From: Promethearchaeota archaeon
GTDB lineage: Archaea; Asgardarchaeota; Lokiarchaeia; Sigyniarchaeales; SOKP01
Direction: 5' to 3'
DNA: 64,000 nucleotides
Assembly (NCBI GenBank): GCA_048938855.1
Contig: JBHLLT010000006.1
Span: 1-64,000 of the forward strand
Part shown: in pieces, positions 41,705 to 51,664 of the stretch
How the letters are laid out: each line of letters opens with the position of its first letter
Position numbering within the stretch: position 1 is the stretch's first letter
Notes under the pieces: model-generated
What the model was told of the DNA's origin: nothing
Databases searched by the model: none
Seen by the model: the letters and a program-made list of their open reading frames with translations, nothing else
Program-made: the position numbers and the translations under genes

Positions 41705-42337
41705 TCACTCATGAAAACATCTAAAAACCCAATATCCGCTTCGTTTGCATAATATTTCAACCTTTTTATCAGGATAGGTATCTTCAATATATTTTAAAAT
41801 ATAAGGTGCTCCCATTTTCTTTCTAATGACAAATTGAAAAGAACCCTTTTTTTTTAAATAATCTTGAACATCAGAAAGCGTATGTAAAAAATCTTTCCTT
41901 CCTTGGCGTAAAGGTGGATTCGTATATATTCCATCGAATTTAATATTTTTATTTTCAATAGGTTCAAAGTAGTTTCCATATAAAGCTATAACATTTTTTG
42001 TTTGATTAGGAAGGTTTAATTTAATATTCTCTTTAGAACACCAAATGGCACGTTTATTAATATCTATTAAATAAATGGAACTCTGATTTGATTCATATCC
42101 TAATACAATTCCTATTACACCATAACCACATCCTAAATCAAGTAAATAAGATGGCTCTTTTGGAATAATCATATGGTTAATCAATACTTTGGTTCCAAGA
42201 TCGATTTTGCTAAATGAAAACACCCCGGGGATAGTCTTGAAAATAAAAAGGTGTCTTCTTAAACTTTCAGAAATAGTATGAATTTTTACATCTACATCAG
42301 GAAATTTACTATAATAATGACTTTTCTTATCTTCCAT
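41705..42337 (-). CDS. Class I SAM-dependent methyltransferase (RsmC/MTS family)
   Basis: GVFS...DLGT, LDLGCGYG, TNPP. Confidence 0.9.
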   Translation of the reverse strand: MEDKKSHYYSKFPDVDVKIHTISESLRRHLFIFKTIPGVFSFSKIDLGTKVLINHMIIPKEPSYLLDLGCGYGVIGIVLGYESNQSSIYLIDINKRAIWCSKENIKLNLPNQTKNVIALYGNYFEPIENKNIKFDGIYTNPPLRQGRKDFLHTLSDVQDYLKKKGSFQFVIRKKMGAPYILKYIEDTYPDKKVEILCKRSGYWVFRCFHE

Positions 42338-42365
42338 AATACAAAATCAGATTAATTTAAGCTTT

Positions 42366-43370
42366 TCATTTTTTCTCTTTCCAGTGTGGATATATTCCCC
42401 TCTTCATGAAAATTTTATTAGTTTTTGCAAGAATTCCTGATTTAGCTTTAAACATTTCCATAGCATCTTTTAACGCTGTTCCAAATCCTATTAGTTCTTT
42501 TTTTAAAGTCATAAAGGCAACAAGCATGTTTTTTTTAATCCTAGCATCAATATAACATATACCCGCAGAAGCTAAATCCGCTCCATGACATAATGCATCT
42601 ACTGCTGTGTCTCTAACATAAATTTTCGGCAAATGAGAGACCATCCTTTCCATTGGGAATATAATTTTTCTCAAATAATATTCATTGCCTTCTATTTGAT
42701 AGATTGTGTAAGCATCCTTTAAATTCTGAAGAGATATAAGATTGTCAGTTTCTTTAAAATTGCCAACTCTAGTTCTTCTAAGTTCTAGCATATGAGCTCC
42801 CGAACAAAGAGCTTCCCCTAAATCAAAACAAAATTTCCTCACATAAGTCCCTGCTTCACAGCCAATTCTAAATAAAATGTGATTATTATCAACTTCAATG
42901 ACTTTGCTATAATATATCTCTCTTATTCTTAATCTTCTAACAACAGATGATTTTAATGGAGGTCTTTGATAAATTTTTCCGGTGAATAATTTAAATATCT
43001 TTTCTATCCGTTGTTTTTTCTCAGGGTTGTGTAAATACATTACACCAAAATATTCCTTACCCGCATTTAAGAGTGCTGATAAAGCACGAGTTGCATTTCC
43101 TAAAGCACACGGTAATATGCCAGTAACTTTAGGATCAAGCGTTCCACCATGCCCCGCATTTGAAATATTTAAAATTTTACGAACCCATGAAACAACTTCA
43201 TGACTCGTTGGACCGCTTGGCTTGTCTAGATTTATTACTCCATAGTCCAATAGCGATTGAATACTTCTCTTTTCAGGTTCGCATCCATAATTAGGGTGAG
43301 TATTGTCTTGAGATTTTATTAATAATTGCTCAGGTTCATCAGAGGGTAATTTAAATTCTAAATTTTCCAT
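42366..43370 (-). CDS. cbf5: H/ACA RNA-guided pseudouridine synthase Cbf5
   Basis: LDKPSGPTSHEV, GHGGTLDP, QRPP, GTYVR, C-terminal PUA. Confidence 0.96.
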   Translation of the reverse strand: MENLEFKLPSDEPEQLLIKSQDNTHPNYGCEPEKRSIQSLLDYGVINLDKPSGPTSHEVVSWVRKILNISNAGHGGTLDPKVTGILPCALGNATRALSALLNAGKEYFGVMYLHNPEKKQRIEKIFKLFTGKIYQRPPLKSSVVRRLRIREIYYSKVIEVDNNHILFRIGCEAGTYVRKFCFDLGEALCSGAHMLELRRTRVGNFKETDNLISLQNLKDAYTIYQIEGNEYYLRKIIFPMERMVSHLPKIYVRDTAVDALCHGADLASAGICYIDARIKKNMLVAFMTLKKELIGFGTALKDAMEMFKAKSGILAKTNKIFMKRGIYPHWKEKK

Positions 43371-43485
43371 TTGAATTTGTTATGAAGGAGATTAATTAAT
43401 AATTATAAATTTAAAGATCTCATAAATCTTTCTTAAACTTGAAGATTTATTTAATAATCGTAAAAATGGTATAAAAAGGAAATAA

Positions 43486-43592
43486 TGGCGGGCTATAGGG
43501 GAATTGAACCCCCGACCTTTCTTTTTAAGGGAGAGCTTCCCATAAATGTCAGGTTAAAAGCCTGCTGCGCTACCTGCCTGCGCCAATAGCCC
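43486..43592 (-). tRNA. tRNA-Lys(UUU) with a ~30-nt insertion/intron near position 44/45 (approx. 43518-43547); CCA encoded
   Basis: GGGCTAT/ATAGCCC acceptor, GCGC D-stem, CAGG-CTTTTAA-CCTG anticodon arm, GGGGG-TTCAATT-CCCCT T-arm. Confidence 0.88.
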
Positions 43593-43709
43593 ATTAAGAT
43601 TTTTATTTATGTTAAAGCTTGAATTGTAGTAGTATAAATCCATAATAATATAAAAATTTTATTGTAATCAGTTTCTTTCCTTTATTAATCTCTTTAAAAC
43701 TATCATGGA

Positions 43710-44735
43710 TTAATCCCTTTTAGTGAAATGCTCAAACCCATAACTAATTATTTCTTTTTTTTCTCCCTCTTTAGAAATAGAAATATGTTCCTCGGAAACT
43801 ATTTTTCCTATTTTAAAAATATGTCCCCCAATAGATTGAACTGCTTTTTGGGCTTCTTTAAGATCTTTAGGATTAATTGTGAAGATATGAATAAATTCTT
43901 CCCCTCCATTAAAAACTAATTCTTCCAAAGAAACATCAAATTCATTTGAATATTCAATGGATTCAGCATCAATTAAATTACCATTAAAATCTATTTCAAA
44001 TCCTATATTTGGATTTGATATCATTAGATCCTCCAAGGACTTATATAGTCCATCAGAAGAATCTATGCTAGCAGTTGCTAAACTCTTTTCTGCCAGTATA
44101 AATGCTTCATTTTCAGAAATAACCGGTTCTAAAACACTCATTATAGATCTTTTGTACTTAGAAAACTCATTTAAATCTCCATTCTTCTTCAAAAGAATAT
44201 CAAACCCTACACCTGTTAAACCAAACTTATTATTTGCTACTAATATATCACCTACATTTATACCTTGTCTATAGATTATTTTTGAGGGGTTCTTGAATCC
44301 AAAAACCGTAGGATTGATTATTATTTCCTTTGATTCATTAATATCTCCTCCTATATAGTTCAGATCATATGTTAAACTACAATCTATAATCCCATTCAAT
44401 AAATTGATAAATTCGAGTAGTTCAAATATTTTTGGTAGACCTAATGATATGATTAAACCTCTTGGTTTTACACCCTTAACTATTAAATCACTCACATTCA
44501 TAATTATTGACTTTCTACCTATTTGATAAGAACTCATTTTAACTGGCACATCAGTGGTTGATACGAGCATATCAGAGTTAAAAACTAGATTCCCATCCAA
44601 ATCCATATCCTTTAAATCAAAATAAAAAGAATCATCTTTCATAAGATGTTTACCAGTTTTTTTCAAAATCAAATCTTCTATTATTTCTATTAACTTTTTT
44701 TCTCCAAGATTTTCTAACTTAGGATTATTTTTCAT
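43710..44735 (-). CDS. thiL: Thiamine-monophosphate kinase
   Basis: GEKKLI, NVSDL, GGD, DSSDGL, GGEEF. Confidence 0.9.
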   Translation of the reverse strand: MKNNPKLENLGEKKLIEIIEDLILKKTGKHLMKDDSFYFDLKDMDLDGNLVFNSDMLVSTTDVPVKMSSYQIGRKSIIMNVSDLIVKGVKPRGLIISLGLPKIFELLEFINLLNGIIDCSLTYDLNYIGGDINESKEIIINPTVFGFKNPSKIIYRQGINVGDILVANNKFGLTGVGFDILLKKNGDLNEFSKYKRSIMSVLEPVISENEAFILAEKSLATASIDSSDGLYKSLEDLMISNPNIGFEIDFNGNLIDAESIEYSNEFDVSLEELVFNGGEEFIHIFTINPKDLKEAQKAVQSIGGHIFKIGKIVSEEHISISKEGEKKEIISYGFEHFTKRD

Positions 44736-44944
44736 GAGGCAAGAATTAACTTTTTTATGTGATTATGTTTTTTGAATAAAATTGAATAACTTCAAATTTA
44801 TAGAAGCTAATTCTATTGAAAATATATGACCATATTATTTAAATAGTAACTTCACAAAGCTTTTACAAGGAAATATATAACAAGCTAAAATTTTTTTTTA
44901 ATATAGTATTATATCATTATGATTTTAAACTATATTAATAGTTT

Positions 44945-45046
44945 GCCTCTGTAGCTTAGTGGTTATAGCAACATTTTTAGTCATTTTGAAAAAAATGCTA
45001 GAGATTCGTAATCTGTAGATCGGGGGTTCAATTCCCCCCAGAGGCT
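44945..45046 (+). tRNA. tRNA-Thr(CGU) with a 29-nt intron at 28/29 (44973-45001)
   Basis: GCCTCTG/CAGAGGC acceptor; after splicing ACAGA-TTCGTAA-TCTGT; central helix AGCA/TGCT with ACA and AGA bulges. Confidence 0.92.
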
Positions 45047-45050
45047 CTAT

Positions 45051-46064
45051 TTATACTTCTTCTGTAAAAACAAAACGTTTAATCATTTGAAGGGCTAGCA
45101 TTTTAAAAGCATCGTTTATATTTTCACCTGTTTTTGCTGAAGTTTCAATATATGAAAGGCTAATTTTTTTAGAAAGTTCTTCTCCTTGTTCTGTGGACAC
45201 GACGCGATTATCTTCAAGGTCTATCTTATTTCCAACTAGTATCATTGATATAGTTGGTGAAATGGTTTTGATCTCTTTAAACCAACTTTCTAGAATGTCT
45301 AAAGTCTCTTTGCGAGTAACATCATATACTAAAATACCTGCTTCAGCATTAGCAAGGTATGTCTGTCTCACTCTTTTAAATTGTGCTTGTCCTGCTAAAT
45401 CCCAGATAACGAAACGAACTTTAGATTCTAGTCCTTTAAATTCACATTCTTTTTTCATTATTGATGTACCTATTGTAGATTTATAATCTGTTTGAAAAGA
45501 GTCTTCCACAAATCGGTGAACCATACTAGTCTTTCCAACTCCACCTTCACCACCCAGGATTAATTTAAAAGCATATTCTCCAGATTCTATTTTAATCTTT
45601 TGAAGAGTATCTACTTTTCTCTGGATATTGTGAGACTCTCTATCAATAGATAACTTAGGAATTACTGGGCTTACTGATCTTCCATCTAAAATTCTAGCAA
45701 TTTTCTCAGCAGCTAAATAAGCATATGGAAAAACAGGATCTACCATAGCAACTGCTTTCAATACAGTGACAAAAACTGCTTCAGGACCAGCTTCACAAAA
45801 TATGAATCGTTGCTCTTCTGTATCAAAAGTTCCCGTTCCAAAAGAACCAGAACTAAACTCTTCTGTGATTCTAGTCAAGACAGGTTCGACTAATGCACTA
45901 ACTCCTCCAATAACATCTTCTTCTACCTCTGCATCTGAAGAACCTTTTAATGCGGTCATTACTAACCCTTCTCTATTTACAATAAGAGTCGCGATTAAGT
46001 TCTCTCCTACTTCTTGCTTATACCATTTAAGTAAGGCTTCAAGTTTTTTTCGATCGACTGACAT
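45051..46064 (-). CDS. Roadblock/LC7 domain-Rab-like GTPase fusion
   Basis: N-terminal 'LIVNREGLV' roadblock; C-terminal GEGGVGKT, TIG, WDLAGQ, NKID, SAK. Confidence 0.9.
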   Translation of the reverse strand: MSVDRKKLEALLKWYKQEVGENLIATLIVNREGLVMTALKGSSDAEVEEDVIGGVSALVEPVLTRITEEFSSGSFGTGTFDTEEQRFIFCEAGPEAVFVTVLKAVAMVDPVFPYAYLAAEKIARILDGRSVSPVIPKLSIDRESHNIQRKVDTLQKIKIESGEYAFKLILGGEGGVGKTSMVHRFVEDSFQTDYKSTIGTSIMKKECEFKGLESKVRFVIWDLAGQAQFKRVRQTYLANAEAGILVYDVTRKETLDILESWFKEIKTISPTISMILVGNKIDLEDNRVVSTEQGEELSKKISLSYIETSAKTGENINDAFKMLALQMIKRFVFTEEV

Positions 46065-46294
46065 CAGCTCACATCCTTTTTACGCGGTTTACAAATGCAC
46101 TATAAATAACTGAAGTATATTATTGTATATAAGAGGTTTGTTATAAAAATTTATAGAAAAAGAAAACGTTAGGTAGAATTTGAATTTATAGTTCTAAGTT
46201 AATGAAAAACTTCAAGGAATAAAATTTTAAAAATTAAATTCATTATCTTATTTCATCAATTCTAAAATGTTAGAACATAAATCATTTTAAAACC

Positions 46295-46467
46295 GCAGGA
46301 GTTGCCAAAATAATACGTAGTCCTACTTTTATGGCTAAGCTTGGTCTACGGCGCTAGAATTTTACGTAATAGTACGTATATGGCGTAACTGAGGCTCTAG
46401 TGACATAGGTCTTCGAAGGATCTACTTCTTCGTCCTAAATTCGTGGGTTCGAATCCCACCTCCTGCA
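46295..46467 (+). tRNA. tRNA-Leu(GAG) with three introns: 46309-46338 (14/15), 46358-46387 (30/31), 46412-46439 (variable arm)
   Basis: Removing the three segments gives an 85-nt class II cloverleaf: GCAGGAG/CTCCTGC, CTAGA-CTGAGGC-TCTAG, GAC-ATAG-GTC variable arm, GTGGG-TTCGAAT-CCCAC. Confidence 0.9.
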
Positions 46468-46701
46468 CATTGTATTTTAACCCCAATGTTTTTAAAAATA
46501 ACTATTAATAATAATTTAAAATCCCTCTAATCTCACCATAATTGTTATCGTACAGCCTTATGCATATATCGTATAAAAGTTTTTCAATATAGGTTACTTA
46601 ACCTAATATTTTGATTAGTTCAATTTCTATAATATGAGAATTTATATTTGTATCAATTCTCTTTAATAGTGAATTAGAATAATATTTAATACAATTCAAG
46701 A

Positions 46702-47934
46702 GTGATTTTTATTTCAGACATACGATTATATGATGACCCAAAAACTATGGAACATATACAAGCTCTAGCATTTAATAGGACAGCTTCATCTACAGGAGAG
46801 ACTGAAGCTTTAAATTATATAGAAAGTGAATTAATAAGAAATAACATCAATCCAGAAGTTGAACATTTTAATTGGAGAGGGCCTTTATCGATTCTTATGA
46901 GGACGAGTTATCTTCTTATTTTGATAAATTTAATCCTATTTCGTATGATTTTGATTGTCGTTACCTATTTTATTATAAAGTATGCTTTCTCAAGGTTGCG
47001 TGAGCTCAGTTTCATTAGTAGGGAGGAATCTAAAAGCATTTTTACGTTAATTAAATCCAAAAATAAGATTCCAAAGCGACCAATAGTAATTATAACTGCT
47101 CATTATGATTCCATCTCAGCAAATCTTCCATATAGATTGCAAGTTGTTATTTTTTTCATTTATAGATTGATCGTAGTTTTCTATGGCATAGTATTTTTTA
47201 CCTTTGCCGGGATATTCTTTCTTGATCTTTTAAGAGTCATTCCAGTAGCTAGTTTTTTGACGGTATTTATTTCTTTTTCTTCAGTGGGTGGAGTTTTGAT
47301 TTCAATTCCCATCTTATATTTAGTTTTTAAAGAACGACCTTCATCAGGAGCAATTGATAATGCAAGTGGAGTAGCAATATCAATTGAATTAGCCAAGATT
47401 TTCAATAAAAATCCTCTCGAAAATACCGATGTCCTGATTTTATGGCCTGGTGCTGAAGAATGGGGTTTAAAAGGTTCAAAAGCATTTTGTAAAAATCATT
47501 TTAAAAGTCTGAAAAAGATATATGATCTTGATAATTCATATAATATTAATATTGATATGGTAGGTTCTTACATCGGACTTTTAAATAAGACTGGATTAAT
47601 TTTTAGACGTAAAATGAACAAGAATTTAAATGGTATATTTGATGCAACAGCAAAACAATTAAATATCCCTTTAAAAGTCTTCAACAAAGTTATTAGCCCA
47701 AAAAGTGATTATAAATCATTTAAAAAATACGCTAAAAGAAATAGGACTAAATTTCAAGTAAGTTTTTTTCATTCAAGTAAGGATTCTAAATACATTCATT
47801 CTTTGAAAGATACTCCAGATAAATGCTCTTTAGAAAGCTTGAATGGATGTATAAATATATGTCATCAGGTATTAAGAAGTATTGATATGAGGGTAGAGGG
47901 AGTCAAAAAAAGTCAACTAACTTATGCTGTTTAA
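46702..47934 (+). CDS. M28 family metallopeptidase, membrane-embedded
   Basis: AHYDS, GAIDNASG, GAEEWG, NIDMVG, SDY, IHS...D. Confidence 0.88.
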   Translation: MIFISDIRLYDDPKTMEHIQALAFNRTASSTGETEALNYIESELIRNNINPEVEHFNWRGPLSILMRTSYLLILINLILFRMILIVVTYFIIKYAFSRLRELSFISREESKSIFTLIKSKNKIPKRPIVIITAHYDSISANLPYRLQVVIFFIYRLIVVFYGIVFFTFAGIFFLDLLRVIPVASFLTVFISFSSVGGVLISIPILYLVFKERPSSGAIDNASGVAISIELAKIFNKNPLENTDVLILWPGAEEWGLKGSKAFCKNHFKSLKKIYDLDNSYNINIDMVGSYIGLLNKTGLIFRRKMNKNLNGIFDATAKQLNIPLKVFNKVISPKSDYKSFKKYAKRNRTKFQVSFFHSSKDSKYIHSLKDTPDKCSLESLNGCINICHQVLRSIDMRVEGVKKSQLTYAV

Positions 47935-50900
47935 TCTTTGGATTGTTCGTTAGGCTCTCCACATATTCCTCAATCAATTCCATTCTTTGTTTTGTATAAT
48001 CATCTAAGTTAAAATCTGTGCACAATTTTAATGCGCGAGGTATATATTTCTCAATACCTCCACGATTTACTGTTAAAATAATTCGATTGCCGCATTTAGG
48101 ACATTTTCCACTATTAGTTAATGGTGGACGCCTGAATTTTTCATTACATTTAACACATCGAAAACTTTGGACTGTAAATTTTCTTAAATTACCCAGTATA
48201 TCAGGATTGAAATGGGTTGTTAAAATCTTCTCTGCTACTTTTTTTGCTTCGACAGCTTTAATAATTTTTGCTAGGTGAAGTTGAGCCTCAATTTTATCAT
48301 CCATAGACTCATACAATTTATAGGCTGTTGTTGTTGGACCTTCATTAATATTTGTAGTAGGGATATTGAAACCAAGATTCTCATATTGTTCAGGTGTTCC
48401 TAATCGACTTTTAACTAAACACATCAAAGATTCTATTTCTGATGGAGAACTGTATCGTTCTGTTGCCTCATAGAACTCAAGTGGATATCGGTTTAATGTG
48501 TCTAAATTATGAGATTCAACATCTATCTCATTAGGATCTATTTTTGTACCGATTACTAATGTAGCGTCCATTCTACCACCAATTTTACTGGGAAGGTAAT
48601 GCCTTGAAAAATTTAATAATGGATCCAAAAGTAGCATAACTCCATCTTCATCTCCATCACAGTTGCGTCTTTTTGCTGCATGCCAAAAAGGATGAGCATA
48701 TATCGCTCTTGCTGGTGTAAACCCGATTATTCGGCCTATTATCCCCGCACTAGTGTGAGGAGCTAATCCTACTGCTAAATGTCCTAATAGATCATCTCTA
48801 GTTGATATATTATAAAACCGTCTCTGTTTATAAAACAATTCTAATTCATCATCTAAGAAGTTGGCAACTTTTATAAAATATTTAGCACAATCATTAGAAA
48901 GAATAATATCTTGAACCTTCAACTCCAAAATCTGATTCCCATCAATTAGCGGCTTTTTATCAATATCCTTATCATACCCCAACTCTCGTAATTTTTCAAT
49001 AGGAGTACCAATTTCATTTGGTTTAAAGTGAGATAATGGTATATCCGTGGCATCATATCTTATCTCGGCTGTTTTATAAACAAGAACATCATTTTTTGCT
49101 CTCAATAATCCTTTCTCAATAGGTTCTGGAACTTTATATTCATTAGTTAACCCTATAATACCTTTAAATTTCTGAGGGAATATTATATCTAGTGATCTTA
49201 AAGCAGAATTTACATATTTTCTTATGTTGAATTTTGCTTCACTTGAGCTTTTCAAAGACTCTTGACATTTTGGACATATTTCTTCAAAAGTAGGATAAAG
49301 ACTCTTACATCGAGTACATATTTTCTGTAATTCTGTATGACCACCACAGTTATGACAAATATTAAAAATACTTGAAGTACCGCAATTTACACACTTTTTC
49401 CTACATACATCAATTTGAACCTTACCAGTTTCAACAACATTATTCTTATTAGCAAAATCGTACGAGGATTTCTTTTTAGGGATTGAATCATTTATACCAT
49501 TTTTTCGTGTACTATATCCCATAGCTTTTTCAAATAGTCGTGAATTACCAACTACACTACTTAATGGAAATAAAGAATGAATTCCTTTCATGCTTTTTCT
49601 TTCTGACTTTTCTGGTCTACCCATTCGAGAACCCATAAAGTATGGAGCCTTATTTTTAATTTTAACTGAAGAGAGTTTAAAAAAGTAAGTGAAGACATCA
49701 TCATCTTGATCAACTTCTATCAATTTCTTTTCTTCTAAAGCAAATATTTTTTTATATATAAAGCTCCTTTTTAAACTAAGAAATATCTTGTTATCCTTTA
49801 TTTTATGAGGAATAAACGCTTTTTCTAATATTTTTTTTATTGGTTTCTCATAATTAAAGATAATTCTTTGCGTTGATTCAGAAAAATTCTTAATAAGTTC
49901 ATTTCTTAGTAGTGTCAATTCTTCCAATGATAAATTGCCCCAAAAATCTAAATAAAACGGGTGTAAGGGAACCTCATATTTTCTTGAAATATCTATTGCC
50001 TCTACTTCGGTAGGTATATTTTCTAAAGGATTTTCAATAAAAGATGTTATTTTTTTATCTACTATTTCTGTATTATTAATAGCCTTTTCTAAATCTAATG
50101 CCCACCATTCTTCTACATAACCAGATGGCACTAATATATGGTTATTTTCAGTAAACTCACCATATCCAAACAATAGGTCCCCCAAAAATAATACTTTTTT
50201 AATATCTGAAAAAATTTGTTTAGCTTTTATTGAATTTGTAACTTTTATTACATCACCATTTCTTAATTTTACAATAGGAGGCTCAATACTATCAACAGGG
50301 CATACACTTGTGCTTTTTCCAGGTCGTTCAATTCTTAATTGCGTTCCAATAGCTATAAATTCATCTAAAATAACCATTGAAGCAGGATGAATTCCTCCAG
50401 CAGCTAAACCAGTATTTCTAGATCTACCATATCTTATTCTATGACCTCCTATAACAGACGGATGGCTGAAAACTGGTCGTCCGGCAATTATATCTGCTAC
50501 ATATTTAGAATTTGGAGGTATTTTAATTTCCTTTTTCAACTCGTTTTGCTTTTCTTTTTCCATTTTTTCTTGGGTCTGAGCTATTTTTTTAAGTTCAACA
50601 AGCCAATTCCACCCATCTAAATTCATCACCTTGGCAATTTTTAATAATTTTGGGGCTTTTAGAAGAATCCCATCATTTAAAACCAAGCAAGCACCACCTC
50701 TTATATGGTTTGTTTCAATCCGAGGTAAATCTCTAAACGCAGAGACCTCTTCATCTTCTGTTGAATCTCCATTTATTTCTATTGGCAAATGACTCACAGC
50801 ATACCTTATTTCTTTATTAGATGATGGATATTGCAGATGAACATTTCTATCGTACAATTTTACTTCTTCTACATACCTACCGATTTCTGCTTCAGTCGCT

Positions 50901-51424
50901 TCATATTTAGGAATGTTTGATTTTTTTCTAACGTAATCTGCAATTAATACACATAGGGCTGCTGTTGTTCCTCCAGCTGCTCTAATTGGTCCCGCAAAAT
51001 ACAGAGATAAATACTTTCTACCAAAACTATCTGTTCGAATTAAAATCTTTGAAATACCTTCAAGGGGAGCACTCACGACACCCATAGTTTTTATAGCTAA
51101 TCCAATTCTTATTGATCTATCAACTCGGGCTTCTATAGAGTCAAAATTTCCAATTTTTTCTTCCAAAATGTCAGCAACCACCTTAAAAACAAGTTCATCT
51201 TCTGTTAACCCTTGTCTTTTTAATGTTCTAATTACATCTGCAACACCTTTTGGACCCACAAGTTTTTCAACTCTTCCAGCTAAATCTTTTGCTTGAGGAG
51301 ATTCAACTTCTAATTCAGGATCAAATCCTTTTTCACGTGCACGTTCTGCAATTGAATAACATCTATCAACTTGCATTTGAATTGAATTAAAGTATGATTC
51401 CATTGCTTTACTTATATTTACCAT
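47903..51424 (-). CDS. polC: DNA polymerase D large subunit (DP2)
   Basis: AGPIRAAGGT, YGRSRNTG, RMGRPEK, AAKRRNCDGDED; no intein. Confidence 0.98.
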   Translation of the reverse strand: MVNISKAMESYFNSIQMQVDRCYSIAERAREKGFDPELEVESPQAKDLAGRVEKLVGPKGVADVIRTLKRQGLTEDELVFKVVADILEEKIGNFDSIEARVDRSIRIGLAIKTMGVVSAPLEGISKILIRTDSFGRKYLSLYFAGPIRAAGGTTAALCVLIADYVRKKSNIPKYEATEAEIGRYVEEVKLYDRNVHLQYPSSNKEIRYAVSHLPIEINGDSTEDEEVSAFRDLPRIETNHIRGGACLVLNDGILLKAPKLLKIAKVMNLDGWNWLVELKKIAQTQEKMEKEKQNELKKEIKIPPNSKYVADIIAGRPVFSHPSVIGGHRIRYGRSRNTGLAAGGIHPASMVILDEFIAIGTQLRIERPGKSTSVCPVDSIEPPIVKLRNGDVIKVTNSIKAKQIFSDIKKVLFLGDLLFGYGEFTENNHILVPSGYVEEWWALDLEKAINNTEIVDKKITSFIENPLENIPTEVEAIDISRKYEVPLHPFYLDFWGNLSLEELTLLRNELIKNFSESTQRIIFNYEKPIKKILEKAFIPHKIKDNKIFLSLKRSFIYKKIFALEEKKLIEVDQDDDVFTYFFKLSSVKIKNKAPYFMGSRMGRPEKSERKSMKGIHSLFPLSSVVGNSRLFEKAMGYSTRKNGINDSIPKKKSSYDFANKNNVVETGKVQIDVCRKKCVNCGTSSIFNICHNCGGHTELQKICTRCKSLYPTFEEICPKCQESLKSSSEAKFNIRKYVNSALRSLDIIFPQKFKGIIGLTNEYKVPEPIEKGLLRAKNDVLVYKTAEIRYDATDIPLSHFKPNEIGTPIEKLRELGYDKDIDKKPLIDGNQILELKVQDIILSNDCAKYFIKVANFLDDELELFYKQRRFYNISTRDDLLGHLAVGLAPHTSAGIIGRIIGFTPARAIYAHPFWHAAKRRNCDGDEDGVMLLLDPLLNFSRHYLPSKIGGRMDATLVIGTKIDPNEIDVESHNLDTLNRYPLEFYEATERYSSPSEIESLMCLVKSRLGTPEQYENLGFNIPTTNINEGPTTTAYKLYESMDDKIEAQLHLAKIIKAVEAKKVAEKILTTHFNPDILGNLRKFTVQSFRCVKCNEKFRRPPLTNSGKCPKCGNRIILTVNRGGIEKYIPRALKLCTDFNLDDYTKQRMELIEEYVESLTNNPKIKQHKLVDFF

Positions 51425-51664
51425 AAAAGTACCAACCTTTAAGGTCGAGAAAAATGAATATATTAAAACTTAGATTTAATATACTAAATTTTCTGAATTA
51501 AATTAAATTCATTTATTAATCAGCTATTTCTTTAATAAATTTAGAGAGAATGCTAATTTTCTACAGTCTTAGATTATAAATAGAAATTTGTTTTTCCTTT
51601 AATAAAAAGTAATTTAATTTCATTGTTCAATTAATATATTAACTCCATCTTAAGCAGCTTAAAA

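Noticed and set aside
46590-46605. TAGGTTA-CT-TAACCTA inverted repeat upstream of the M28 peptidase
   Set aside because: Short, AT-rich and single copy; cannot be distinguished from chance
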